From a virus (Duplodnaviria > Heunggongvirae > Uroviricota > Caudoviricetes), in the IMG/VR virus record IMGVR_UViG_2675903658_000008, positions 1 through 41,775 of that record: 41,775 bases of DNA. The stretch is one strand, 5' to 3'. The translations under genes were made by a program, and so were the position numbers. Positions 8,628-18,250 of this stretch are shown one piece after another; positions within the stretch are counted from its first letter, which is position 1; every line of letters begins with the position of its first letter. The notes under the pieces were generated by a model. The model had not been told where the DNA came from and made no database searches. It worked only from the letters and a program-made list of their open reading frames with translations.

Positions 8628-8990
8628 TTATTTTGTCATGGGGATATCTCCTTCAGTTCTGACCATTCGCCTTAATACTTTCCTTAAGTCGATGTAAAGT
8701 TGAAGGTCTCCATTTGCTTCGGCATCAGCCATTTTTTGCCTGACAAGCAGTAATGTTTCATACGGCTCAATAAGAATATCGTCATGAGTAATTAGGTGAA
8801 GCGTTGCCGCATCAACTATTCCTAGAGCTGCGCCAAGTATCAAAAATTCCCTGCTATTTTTGTCGCATGAGGAGATAAGCGTATTTAGCGCATACCTAAT
8901 ATTCTTTATAGCTGTTGTTAATGCTGCAATTTCTTCGATGGTGTCTTCTTCAATGAGCTTTTTAAGCTCATATTTTTCTTCCTGACCCAT
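8628..8990 (-). CDS. Hypothetical protein (120 aa), immediately downstream of N
   Basis: ATG at 8990 two nt after N stop with GAGG RBS; AT-rich; no recognisable motif. Confidence 0.55.
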   Translation of the reverse strand: MGQEEKYELKKLIEEDTIEEIAALTTAIKNIRYALNTLISSCDKNSREFLILGAALGIVDAATLHLITHDDILIEPYETLLLVRQKMADAEANGDLQLYIDLRKVLRRMVRTEGDIPMTK

Positions 8991-8992
8991 AA

Positions 8993-9301
8993 TTACCTCG
9001 CCGTCAATTGTTTTGATTTCCGGTAGCCTGCTGCGTAAATGGCTACGTTTGGCAGGCAAATACTTCCACTGCATTCGTCGGTATTTTGGTTACGAATGTT
9101 GCCGAGTGATATTGCTTTTTCAGAAAGGCTTAAACGCTTTCTCGTGCCTTTCTGAACAGGTTCCTCACTGTCTGTGCCGAAGATAGAATCAATGATGTTA
9201 CAGATAGCATCACGCTCGATGGCCAGCTTTCTGCGCCGCTCATGACGGCGAGTTTTGGCATTTCCTGCAAATGTTGATTTTCCGTACACGATTACCGTCA
9301 T
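8993..9301 (-). CDS. N-type antitermination protein, P22 gene 24-like
   Basis: Arg-rich motif AKTRRHERRRKLAIER near N-terminus; overall resemblance to recalled P22 gp24; GAGGA RBS; downstream of pL/nutL. Confidence 0.8.
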   Translation of the reverse strand: MTVIVYGKSTFAGNAKTRRHERRRKLAIERDAICNIIDSIFGTDSEEPVQKGTRKRLSLSEKAISLGNIRNQNTDECSGSICLPNVAIYAAGYRKSKQLTAR

Positions 9302-9421
9302 GATGTTTTCCTCATGTGAAATGGCTTTGGTGGTGATGCGCCAGATGCTGATCTTCTGGTTGCTGTCGTTGCAGCTGCAATTCACATCACCGCCAAACCC
9401 ATCTCGTTTGGTATCTGTTTG

Positions 9422-9455
9422 CGCTTTGTCAGCGCCCCATCGAAGTTAAAGAGCA
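9422..9455 (-). promoter_or_regulatory. nutL (boxA plus boxB hairpin)
   Basis: Minus-strand GCTCTTTAA boxA and GCGCT-GACAA-AGCGC boxB hairpin (P22-type) between pL and N. Confidence 0.6.
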
Positions 9456-9492
9456 TGCCAATCTGTTCCGTTTGGCTTCCAGCGTCCTGCTG

Positions 9493-9563
9493 ATGTGTTT
9501 AGTATCACCGCTAGTGGTATTTGTGTCAACACCGCCAGAGATAATTTATCACCGCAGATGGTT
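9493..9563 (-). promoter_or_regulatory. pL promoter with OL1-OL2-OL3 operators
   Basis: Three 17-bp lambda-type operators (TATCACCGCTAGTGGTA, CAACACCGCCAGAGATA, TATCACCGCAGATGGTT); minus-strand TTGACA and GATACT hexamers. Confidence 0.8.
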
Positions 9564-9710
9564 ATCTGTATGTTTTTTATATGGATTTATTTTTTGCAGG
9601 GGTGAATTGTTAGGTAGGTGAGGGATCAGAATTGCACTGTTTAGCAAGTTGTATCTATTAGTTTTCCAATAAATACAAATGGTTATGTGTTGTTGGGAAG
9701 GGGGATCGAG

Positions 9711-9741
9711 AGGCAAAGAAAACCCGGCACTGAGGCCGGGT
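9711..9741 (-). terminator. Rho-independent terminator after the rex-position cassette
   Basis: AACCCGGC-CTCAGT-GCCGGGTT hairpin followed by TTCTTTG on the minus strand, just past the 9748 stop. Confidence 0.5.
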
Positions 9742-9747
9742 TGTGTG

Positions 9748-10119
9748 TTACTTAAGAACGAGTCCGTTTAAGGCATCAAGGATTTTGGAAACATAACTTC
9801 CAAAAATGTAGGCGCAAAATGCGAACACGAAACTGACAACGACCGCAGATGCCTTAATGGTGGTTTTTGCTGAGCTAATGCTTGTCTCAATACCTGACAG
9901 ACGAGAATCAACAGATTTTATATCTGACTTTACCTCAGCGAGATCGCGCTTGATGTATTCAACATCAGACTCTAGCTTTGCAACTCTAGCCTCAAGCATG
10001 TTACCTCCGCCGTTTCCTCCACCATGCCGAGAGTATGCATCATCAGTGGAATAGTGTCCAATTGGGCGAGATATGTTTTGATTTGGACGAAGCTGAGCAA
10101 CCTTGTTATCTAAACTCAT
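9748..10119 (-). CDS. Coiled-coil protein with C-terminal transmembrane anchor (candidate membrane effector, rexB position)
   Basis: ATG overlaps upstream gene stop; Gly-rich N-terminus, heptad-like coiled coil, hydrophobic ASAVVVSFVFAFCAYIFGSYV near C-terminus; internal GGAGG before Met41. Confidence 0.6.
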   Translation of the reverse strand: MSLDNKVAQLRPNQNISRPIGHYSTDDAYSRHGGGNGGGNMLEARVAKLESDVEYIKRDLAEVKSDIKSVDSRLSGIETSISSAKTTIKASAVVVSFVFAFCAYIFGSYVSKILDALNGLVLK

Positions 10120-10543
10120 CGCGAACTGATCCTGTTATCTTCACGTCAAAAAACGAACTTTTTACATCAATTACTTCGCCTTTCTCAGGATTAACCAGTG
10201 ATGCTCTAACTTCGAATATCCCAGGCTTGATAATTTTCACCCTTGGGAAGTTAATTCTCATAGAAGTTGATACGATGGTTTCTCCATCGTTGGCTTCTGC
10301 TACCGTAAAAAACTTATGGTTGGAGTACAGTTTTGTGTCAATTGGTATCGGTATTTCTTGAGCATTGAAAACCTCAATGCCTATGGAATATTTTTTTGTA
10401 GCCTTAAGGCCGATAAAAAAAGCGCCAAATGACAGATCCACTTCATGGGAGTCTTTATCCATTTCATAGATAAGAACTGGAGTTACGGGGTTGCCTTCAT
10501 CCATCGCAATCGGAATGATATAAGAAATACGTTCTTTAATCAT
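10106..10543 (-). CDS. Hypothetical soluble protein (145 aa), rexA position directly after cI
   Basis: Starts 7 nt after cI stop; AT-rich; no recognisable catalytic motif. Confidence 0.65.
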   Translation of the reverse strand: MIKERISYIIPIAMDEGNPVTPVLIYEMDKDSHEVDLSFGAFFIGLKATKKYSIGIEVFNAQEIPIPIDTKLYSNHKFFTVAEANDGETIVSTSMRINFPRVKIIKPGIFEVRASLVNPEKGEVIDVKSSFFDVKITGSVRDEFR

Positions 10544-10550
10544 TTACGTG

Positions 10551-11267
<717 letters not shown>

Positions 11268-11274
11268 TTAAATC

Positions 11275-11340
11275 TATCACCGCAAGGGATAAATATCTAA
11301 CACCGTGCGTGTTGACTATTTTACCTCTAGCGGTGATAAT
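11275..11340. promoter_or_regulatory. OR3-OR2-OR1 operators with divergent pRM and pR
   Basis: TATCACCGCAAGGGATA, TAACACCGTGCGTGTTG, TACCTCTAGCGGTGATA; TTGACT and GATAAT hexamers for pR. Confidence 0.85.
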
Positions 11341-11355
11341 GATTGCATGTACTAA

Positions 11356-11565
<210 letters not shown>

Positions 11566-11572
11566 GTAACAC

Positions 11573-11606
11573 CGCTCTTTATCAATCTGCACCGCCGACA
11601 ACGCGG
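11573..11606 (+). promoter_or_regulatory. nutR (boxA CGCTCTTTA plus boxB hairpin)
   Basis: CGCTCTTTA followed by ACCGC-CGACAA-CGCGGT hairpin, P22-type nutR as recalled. Confidence 0.55.
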
Positions 11607-11671
11607 TAACTAATTAAGCACTCATCTAAAAATGAGTATTAGTGATTATTTACCTATGGAAATAGTAAGAA

Positions 11672-11971
11672 ATGACACAAACAAGTTACAGCAAACTATC
11701 ACAGCGCGACGTTGATCGCGCAGAAACAGATTTACTTATCAACCTGTCAACGCTTACCCAGCGCGGTCTGGCAAAGATGATTGGCTGTCATGAATCGAAG
11801 ATAAGCAGAACGGACTGGAGATTTATTGCTTCGGTCTTGTGTGCTTTCGGAATGGCATCAGACATCAGTCCGATTAGCAGGGCTTTTAAGTATGCGCTTG
11901 ATGGACTCACCAATAAAAAACGCCCGGTGTGCAAGACCGAGCGTTCTGAACAAATCCAGATGGAATTCTGA
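11672..11971 (+). CDS. cII: CII-like transcriptional activator
   Basis: C-terminal NKKRP..TERSEQIQMEF matches lambda CII; N-terminal half divergent. Confidence 0.8.
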   Translation: MTQTSYSKLSQRDVDRAETDLLINLSTLTQRGLAKMIGCHESKISRTDWRFIASVLCAFGMASDISPISRAFKYALDGLTNKKRPVCKTERSEQIQMEF

Positions 11972-12002
11972 GGGAATTACTGGATCAATCCACAGGAGTC
12001 AT

Positions 12003-12164
12003 TATGACAAAACGTCGTAAGAAATACCAGGAAAAAGAAGAGATTCGACACCCTGATTCACCTGAGGGATTAGTGGTAGCCGCAGCAAATAACAGGGCGT
12101 TCGCAGAGCGCCTTGTTGGTGTTTACAGACTAGCCAAAGCAGGAGTGAAACATGGGCGTCGTTA
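12003..12164 (+). CDS. Small basic hypothetical protein (53 aa)
   Basis: Own translation MTKRRKKYQEKEE...; GGAG RBS; overlaps start of the O-like gene. Confidence 0.35.
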
Positions 12165-12982
12165 AGTTAGCTGATTACAGGCCTCAACTGGAGGTCGTGG
12201 AGCATCGCGTGGCAGAACTCGAAGATGGCTACACTCGGACTGCAAACACACTGTTAGAAGCCGCCATGCTTTCTGGACTTACTCTACATCAGTTACTGAT
12301 TGTTATGGCTGTGTGGCGCAAGACATACGGTTACAACAAAAAAATAGATTGGATCGGAAACGAACAGTTCGCTGAACTCACTGGCATGGCACCAACCAAA
12401 TGCTCTACCGCCAAAAACGAGCTTATCAGAATGGGAGTTCTCATTCAGGTGGGGCGTCAAGTTGGTATGAATACAAACATTTCCGAGTGGAAAACGAAAG
12501 TTAACGGATTCGGTAAAACATTTACCAATTCGGTAAAACAAACCTTCACCAAATCGGTAAAAAGCAATTTACCGAATCAGTCAAACACAAAAGACAATAT
12601 ACAAAAGACAATAAATACAAATACCCCCTTACCCCCTAACGGGGGCGGCGATGGGCAGGTTAAACCTGAACGTCGCAAGTCAGAACGAATCGATTACGAA
12701 TCCTTCCTGAACGCCTACAACACCGAAGTCGGTGACAGACTTCCTCATGCTGTTGCGGTCAACGAGAAACGCAAACGCCGCCTGAAGAAAATCATCCCGC
12801 AACTGAAAACGCCAAACGTGGACGGTTTCAGGGCGTATGTCAGGGCGTTTGTGCATCAGGCCAAGCCGTTTTACTTCGGAGACAACGACACTGGCTGGAC
12901 GGCAGATTTTGATTACCTGCTGAGGGAAGATTCGTTAACGGGAGTACGGGAAGGGAAGTTTGCAGACAGGGGGATTGCATGA
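12152..12982 (+). CDS. Replication initiator, O-like
   Basis: N-terminal domain resembles lambda O / P22 gp18; internal iteron array. Confidence 0.8.
   Translation: MGVVKLADYRPQLEVVEHRVAELEDGYTRTANTLLEAAMLSGLTLHQLLIVMAVWRKTYGYNKKIDWIGNEQFAELTGMAPTKCSTAKNELIRMGVLIQVGRQVGMNTNISEWKTKVNGFGKTFTNSVKQTFTKSVKSNLPNQSNTKDNIQKTINTNTPLPPNGGGDGQVKPERRKSERIDYESFLNAYNTEVGDRLPHAVAVNEKRKRRLKKIIPQLKTPNVDGFRAYVRAFVHQAKPFYFGDNDTGWTADFDYLLREDSLTGVREGKFADRGIA
12504..12580. repeat. Replication-origin iterons inside the O-like gene
   Basis: Repeated TCGGTAAAA(C/A)A units plus an inverted TACCGAAT copy, followed by an AT-rich stretch. Confidence 0.6.
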
Positions 12983-14355
12983 GACAGGATATCGAAGCGA
13001 GCGTTATCGGTGGCCTGCTGATTGGTGGATTAACACCAACCGCCAGCGACGTTCTGGCAACGCTGGAGCCGGAAGCGTTTTCAATTCCGCTCTACCGGAA
13101 AGCCTTCGAGGTTATCCGCAAGCAGGCGCGAAACAGAAATTTAATCGACGCACTGATGGTTGCCGAGGCGTGCGGAGAGGAGCATTTCACGTCAATCCTG
13201 ATGACCAGCAAAAACTGCCCGAGTGCCGCAAACCTGAAGGGATATGCCGGAATGGTCGCGGATAACTATCACCGCCGTCTGGTGCTGGAAATCATGGATG
13301 AAATGCGTGAACCAATTCAGAGCGGAACCATCGACGCATCGAGTCAGGCGATGGATGAACTTGTAAAACGTCTCTCAGCTATCAGAAAGCCCCGTGACGA
13401 GGTAAAACCTGTACGGTTAGGGGAAATCATTACTGACTACACTGACACGCTTGACAGGCGTCTGAGGAACGGAGAAGAGTCCGATACCCTGAAGACCGGA
13501 ATCGAAGAACTTGATGCCATCACCGGAGGGATGAACGCGGAAGACCTGGTGATAATCGCTGCTCGTCCTGGTATGGGGAAAACCGAACTGGCGCTGAAGA
13601 TTGCCGAAGGCGTTGCAAGCCGCGTTATTCCTGGTTCTGACGTCCGGCGCGGGGTATTGATTTTCTCAATGGAAATGAGCGCATTGCAGATTGCAGAGCG
13701 AAGCATTGCCAACGCCGGGAGGATGTCGGTTAGTGTGCTGCGAAATCCTGCAGCGATGGATGACGAAGGCTGGGCGCGCGTTGCTAACGGCATGAGTCAG
13801 CTTGCAGATTTGGATGTATGGGTAGTCGATGCCTCGCGGTTATCGGTCGAAGAAATACGCTCAATCGCAGAACGGCACAAACAGGAAAATCCAAACCTGT
13901 CACTCATCATGGCGGATTATCTTGGCCTGATTGAGAAGCCGAAAGCAGACCGCAACGACCTCGCAATTGCTCACATCTCCGGAAGCCTGAAGGCGATGGC
14001 GAAAGACCTGAAAACGCCAGTTATCTCCCTGAGTCAGCTTTCGCGCGATGTTGAGAAGCGACCAAACAAACGCCCGACAAACGCAGATTTGCGTGATTCA
14101 GGAAGCATTGAGCAGGACGCAGACTCAATCATCATGCTCTATCGGGAAGCGGTATATGACGAGAACAGTAGCGCCGCGCCATTTGCTGAAATCATCGTGA
14201 CGAAAAACCGTTTTGGCTCGCTTGGTACGGTTTACCAGCGGTTCTGTAACGGACACTTTGTTGCATGTGACCAGGATGAAGCCAGACAGATTTGCACAGC
14301 ATCAAATGCACCTGCTGCGCGTGGCAGACGATATGCACAAGGGGCTGACGTATGA
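12979..14355 (+). CDS. Replicative DNA helicase, DnaB family
   Basis: 458 aa; N-terminal DnaB-like domain, Walker A-like GMGKT in RecA-like core. Confidence 0.9.
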   Translation: MRQDIEASVIGGLLIGGLTPTASDVLATLEPEAFSIPLYRKAFEVIRKQARNRNLIDALMVAEACGEEHFTSILMTSKNCPSAANLKGYAGMVADNYHRRLVLEIMDEMREPIQSGTIDASSQAMDELVKRLSAIRKPRDEVKPVRLGEIITDYTDTLDRRLRNGEESDTLKTGIEELDAITGGMNAEDLVIIAARPGMGKTELALKIAEGVASRVIPGSDVRRGVLIFSMEMSALQIAERSIANAGRMSVSVLRNPAAMDDEGWARVANGMSQLADLDVWVVDASRLSVEEIRSIAERHKQENPNLSLIMADYLGLIEKPKADRNDLAIAHISGSLKAMAKDLKTPVISLSQLSRDVEKRPNKRPTNADLRDSGSIEQDADSIIMLYREAVYDENSSAAPFAEIIVTKNRFGSLGTVYQRFCNGHFVACDQDEARQICTASNAPAARGRRYAQGADV

Positions 14356-14380
14356 CCATCTACATCACTGAGCTAATAAC

Positions 14381-14413
14381 AGGCCTGCTGGTAATCGCAG
14401 GCCTTTTTATTTG
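14381..14413 (+). terminator. Rho-independent terminator after helicase gene
   Basis: AGGCCTGC-loop-GCAGGCCT hairpin followed by TTTTATTTG. Confidence 0.6.
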
Positions 14414-14427
14414 GGGGAGAGTAAATC

Positions 14428-14634
14428 GTGGTTGAGTTAATTTTCTCTGCATTGAGGATTCTCGGTGCTATGTGGATGGTGGTGACGTTCATTGTGGTTG
14501 CCAGCAGTTTTATCCGGTTGGTGGGTGAAGGTAAAGACATGGTGGGTGTGCTTTTCGGTAGCATTCTAATGTGGGTGATTATCGGTGTTGCGCCTGTCGC
14601 TGTAGCAAAAATGGCGTGGCGTTTTGTGAGTTGA
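14428..14634 (+). CDS. Small hydrophobic membrane protein (two predicted TM helices)
   Basis: GTG start with GGGGAGAG RBS; two long hydrophobic stretches. Confidence 0.4.
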   Translation: MVELIFSALRILGAMWMVVTFIVVASSFIRLVGEGKDMVGVLFGSILMWVIIGVAPVAVAKMAWRFVS

Positions 14635-14651
14635 ACTGAGGGTAAGTACCG

Positions 14652-15008
14652 ATGGACGAATCAAGAAAGCAGTTTGAGGAATACGTTGCCAAAAAATTGA
14701 GATTACCATTCGAGATGATAACCGAGGCAAGAAATGGTGATAGGTACTTCGCATTTTCAAGCATGGATATTCGTCACTCCTTAAATGAGTGGTGGACTTT
14801 ATGGCAGGCATCGCGAGCAGCTATTGAACTGGATATCGACTGGCCAGAATCGAATGACGACTTTTGGAAAGATGGTGAAGAAGGTGCTTATGCGATGGGT
14901 TATGAGGATGGGCGTGACAAAACGGTAATTGCAGTAATGAAAGCTATCAGAGCCGCTGGAATTAAAGAGAAGAATTTCGATGAAGCAAACAATCTTCCTC
15001 CGAAGTAA
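14652..15008 (+). CDS. Hypothetical phage protein (118 aa)
   Basis: ORF in nin region; no recognised motif. Confidence 0.5.
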   Translation: MDESRKQFEEYVAKKLRLPFEMITEARNGDRYFAFSSMDIRHSLNEWWTLWQASRAAIELDIDWPESNDDFWKDGEEGAYAMGYEDGRDKTVIAVMKAIRAAGIKEKNFDEANNLPPK

Positions 15009-15390
15009 GCAACAACAGCAAGCTGCAATAAATGCCATCCTCGCAACTCCTCTCGATAAAGACAAACCAGTCACCATCCGCATTACTGACTACAAGCGCA
15101 ACCTTGACCAGAACGCAAAATTTCACGCGATGGTCGCAGATATCGCTAGGCAAGTTCAGTGGCGCGATAAATGGTTAAAACCAGAACAATGGAAGGTTTT
15201 GTTGATCAGCGGTCATGCAGTGGCAACAAAGCAGGAAGCTGATGTTTTGCCCGGGCTTGAAGGCGAATACGTCAACATTCGCGAAAGTAGCGCGCAGATG
15301 AGCGTGAAGCGCATGGCAAGCCTGATTGAGTACACGACAGCATGGGCTATTGGTCAGGGTGTCAGATTTACCGACAGGAGGTACGAATGA
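14980..15390 (+). CDS. ninB: NinB-like recombination protein
   Basis: Pattern R-x-L-D-Q-N-x-K...W...W-K resembles recalled lambda NinB. Confidence 0.7.
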   Translation: MKQTIFLRSKQQQQAAINAILATPLDKDKPVTIRITDYKRNLDQNAKFHAMVADIARQVQWRDKWLKPEQWKVLLISGHAVATKQEADVLPGLEGEYVNIRESSAQMSVKRMASLIEYTTAWAIGQGVRFTDRRYE

Positions 15391-15563
15391 GACGACAGCG
15401 ACGAAGTATCACCGACATCATCTGCGAAAACTGCAAATACCTTCCAACGAAGCGCTCCAGAAATAAACGCAAGCCAATCCCAAAAGAATCTGACGTAAAA
15501 ACCTTCAACTACACGGCTCACCTGTGGGATATCCGGTGGCTAAGACATCGTGCGAGGAAATGA
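15387..15563 (+). CDS. NinD-like small Cys-containing protein
   Basis: [20 protein letters not shown]... matches recalled lambda NinD; ATGA overlap with ninB stop. Confidence 0.55.
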   Translation: MRRQRRSITDIICENCKYLPTKRSRNKRKPIPKESDVKTFNYTAHLWDIRWLRHRARK

Positions 15564-15565
15564 CG

Positions 15566-16510
15566 ATGACTGCGTATTACAACGAAATAGATCCGTATGC
15601 AGCGCAATGGCTGCGTAACTTAATTGACGCTGGAGAAATTGCCCCCGGTTATGTAGATGAAAGGAGTATTGAAGATGTCACACCAGGTGATTTGCGAGGA
15701 TTTACCCAGCACCACTTTTTTGCAGGAATCGGAGTTTGGAGCTATGCACTTAGAAAAGCAGGATGGCCAGACAACAAGAGTATCTGGACAGGAAGTTGCC
15801 CATGCCAACCTTTCAGCTCGGCAGGCAAAGGAAAAGGGGTTGATGACGAGCGGCACTTATGGCCGGCATTCTTCTGGCTTATTGAAAAATGCAATCCTGG
15901 CATCGTTATTGGCGAACAGGTTGCAAGCGCAGACGGCCTCGCTTGGCTCGACCTTGTACAAACTGACTTGGAAGGTGCGAACTACACCTCTGCAGGTACC
16001 GATATTTGCGCTGCGGGCTTCGGTTCTCCGCACATCAGGCAGCGATTGTATTGGGTGGCCTACTCCAACGACAAATATCAACTTTCAGCCAGAAACGCGC
16101 AGGGGAATTCAGAACCTATCTGGATGCGTGAGACTAGCGGGATGGCAAACTCCTTTAGCGAACGATGCAACAGGTTCAACGCATTGCTACAGCGGAAAAG
16201 ACAAGAGCGGAACCCCAAGAATCTGCTTGAAACTTCCAGGGACGGTGAAGCCATGTACTCATTACCGGTTAACGGCTTCTGGAGAGATGCAGACTGGCTT
16301 TACTGTAGAGATGAAAAATATCGTCCAGTTAGACCCGGCTCATTCCCGATGGTTAATGGCATTGCCAAAAGCTTGGGACGAGGCAAGTCCACACTGGGAG
16401 GAATGGCAAAGCGCAATCAAGATCAGCGAATTATTGGATATGGAAACGCAATCAATGCAGAAGTAGCAACGGCATTCGTGAAAGTTTGTATGGAGGTTGT
16501 TAATGCTTAG
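15566..16510 (+). CDS. DNA cytosine-5 methyltransferase-like protein (orphan)
   Basis: PCQPFSSAG catalytic motif IV, GEQV (ENV-like), RQRLYW (QxRxR-like); FFAGIG weak motif I; no adjacent nuclease. Confidence 0.7.
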   Translation: MTAYYNEIDPYAAQWLRNLIDAGEIAPGYVDERSIEDVTPGDLRGFTQHHFFAGIGVWSYALRKAGWPDNKSIWTGSCPCQPFSSAGKGKGVDDERHLWPAFFWLIEKCNPGIVIGEQVASADGLAWLDLVQTDLEGANYTSAGTDICAAGFGSPHIRQRLYWVAYSNDKYQLSARNAQGNSEPIWMRETSGMANSFSERCNRFNALLQRKRQERNPKNLLETSRDGEAMYSLPVNGFWRDADWLYCRDEKYRPVRPGSFPMVNGIAKSLGRGKSTLGGMAKRNQDQRIIGYGNAINAEVATAFVKVCMEVVNA

Positions 16511-16688
16511 CCTATCCCAATCCCTTCAATACCAGAAAGAAAGCGTCGAGCGAGCTTTAACGTGCGCTAACTGCGGTCAGAAACTGCATGTGCTGGAAGT
16601 TCACGTGTGTGAGCGTTGTATATATGAATGCTTAAATATGGTGGAACATAATGAGAAATATAAGCAACGTAGACGAATTAAGAAATAA
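16497..16688 (+). pseudogene. ninF-like gene with 3' end displaced by HNH insertion
   Basis: First 37 aa match recalled lambda NinF, then diverge; expected C-terminus encoded at 17161..17220. Confidence 0.45.
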
Positions 16689-17157
16689 ATTATCATATGA
16701 TGATGTTTTAGGTGTACTTAGATGGAAAGTGTCTCCTTCTAATAATGTTAAGGTTGGCAGTGTTGCTGGTTACATTAGGAGTGATGGTTATAGGATGTTA
16801 ACTATCGATGGTGTAATTACTTATGCTCACCACGTTATATGGATGATAAATAATGGTGAGATTCCATTAGGGTATAAAATTGATCATATAAATGGAGTAA
16901 GGTCAGATAATAGGCTATCTAATCTTCGATTGGTTACACACCAACAGAATGCACAGAACCAAAAGAGAAAAATAACCAATTCGTCAGGAGTGACTGGAGT
17001 ATATTTCAATAAAGAGAGATGTAAGTGGATTGCGAATATATGCGTAGATGGGCGCACCAAATATCTTGGAATATTTGCTAGCATCATTGACGCTATTGCA
17101 GAAAGGAAGAGGGCAGAAAAAGAACTGGGTTTTCATGAAAACCATGGCAGACCATAA
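16651..17157 (+). CDS. HNH homing endonuclease with AP2-like DNA-binding domain
   Basis: H-x-IDHINGVRSDNRLSNLRLVTHQQNAQN HNH motif; C-terminal AP2-like segment; very AT-rich. Confidence 0.8.
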   Translation: MRNISNVDELRNKLSYDDVLGVLRWKVSPSNNVKVGSVAGYIRSDGYRMLTIDGVITYAHHVIWMINNGEIPLGYKIDHINGVRSDNRLSNLRLVTHQQNAQNQKRKITNSSGVTGVYFNKERCKWIANICVDGRTKYLGIFASIIDAIAERKRAEKELGFHENHGRP

Positions 17158-17210
17158 CTGCGCAGAACTGATGAGCGATCCGAATAGCTCAATGTACGAG
17201 GAAGAAGACG

Positions 17211-17423
17211 ATGAGTGATTACCTGAAATGGTATCTCTGCCACCGCTGGTTAATTAAGTTTGCTGTAAAAGACTGGATGACAGCGGATGCCAACAAGCTT
17301 AAGCAAAGAAAGGACTATTACTACGCCAGAATGAAGGAAAACTACTGCTCAATTCGCACTCGCATATTTATTAAAAAAGACCTTCAGTCAATTCTTCAAT
17401 TGCGAGGGAAGGTAAATGGCTAA
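17211..17423 (+). CDS. Hypothetical protein (70 aa)
   Basis: ORF between ninF fragment and downstream nin genes. Confidence 0.4.
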   Translation: MSDYLKWYLCHRWLIKFAVKDWMTADANKLKQRKDYYYARMKENYCSIRTRIFIKKDLQSILQLRGKVNG

Positions 17424-17706
17424 CCTACGCAAAGAAGCGCGCGGCAGAGAATGCCAGGTACGTATTTACGGCGTATGCAATGGTAATCCTGAAACTACAG
17501 TTCTGGCACATTACCGGATGGCTGGAATTTGCGGAACGGGAATGAAGCCTGACGACCTGATCGGCGCATGGGCTTGTAGCGCGTGTCACGATGAAATCGA
17601 CCGACGCACCCATAATCTCGACAACAAAGACGCCAGACTTTACCACCTCGAAGGCGTGATCAGGACGCAGGCGATACTGCTGAAGGAGGGAAAGATTAAG
17701 CCATGA
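17416..17706 (+). CDS. DUF1364-like Cys/His-rich nin-region protein
   Basis: 96 aa with conserved C/H pattern recalled from lambdoid nin regions. Confidence 0.5.
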   Translation: MANLRKEARGRECQVRIYGVCNGNPETTVLAHYRMAGICGTGMKPDDLIGAWACSACHDEIDRRTHNLDNKDARLYHLEGVIRTQAILLKEGKIKP

Positions 17707-18065
17707 ACGAATATCAGTTTGTGCTTCCATACCCGCCGTCGGTGAATACCTACTGGCGAAGACGAGGAAGCCAATACTACATCAGCGATAAAGGCCAGAA
17801 ATACCGAAAAGACGTTCAGCAAATCATCCGCCAACTTAAGTTAGACATTTTCACCAAATCACGACTCCGCATCAAAGTAATCGCAGACGTTCCAGACTCC
17901 CGCCGCCGCGACCTCGATAACATCCTGAAAGGTTTACTCGACTCCCTTATCCACGCCGGATTTGCGGAAGACGACGAGCAATTCGATGACATTCGCGTAA
18001 TTCGTGGTGTGAAAGTACCAGGCGGACGGCTTGGAATAAAAATCACCGAACTGGAGAACGTATGA
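17703..18065 (+). CDS. rusA: Holliday junction resolvase RusA
   Basis: LPYPPSVN...DRRRRDLDN...GG signature of RusA. Confidence 0.85.
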   Translation: MNEYQFVLPYPPSVNTYWRRRGSQYYISDKGQKYRKDVQQIIRQLKLDIFTKSRLRIKVIADVPDSRRRDLDNILKGLLDSLIHAGFAEDDEQFDDIRVIRGVKVPGGRLGIKITELENV

Positions 18066-18250
18066 ACGCCACAATTCAAACGATACCAGAGCTTCTTATC
18101 CAGACACGAGGCAATCAGACCGAAGTGGCGAGGATGCTTTCCTGCGCAAGAGGAACAGTGCTCAAGTACAACCGAGACAGCAAAGGTGAGCGTCACGTAA
18201 TAGTTAACGGCGTCCTGATGGTCAAACAAGGCAAGAGGGGAAGACGATGA
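18062..18250 (+). CDS. ninH: NinH-like protein
   Basis: TIPELL...GNQTEVARML.C.RGTV.KY matches recalled lambda NinH. Confidence 0.7.
   Translation: MNATIQTIPELLIQTRGNQTEVARMLSCARGTVLKYNRDSKGERHVIVNGVLMVKQGKRGRR

Noticed and set aside
9748-10543. Expectation of rexA/rexB downstream of lambda-type cI
   Set aside because: The two genes here bear no resemblance in size or sequence to RexA (279 aa) or four-TM RexB as I recall them; treated as unrelated cargo.
12504-12626. Short direct repeats that could suggest a CRISPR array
   Set aside because: Repeats are ~11-12 bp iterons with irregular spacing inside the O-like gene next to an AT-rich tract, the hallmark of a lambdoid origin; no cas genes or regular repeat-spacer structure anywhere in the window.
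15657-16466. 269-aa plus-strand ORF overlapping the methyltransferase gene in another frame
   Set aside because: Alternative-frame ORF with no motif or RBS; the overlapping frame carries the PCQ/ENV methyltransferase motifs.
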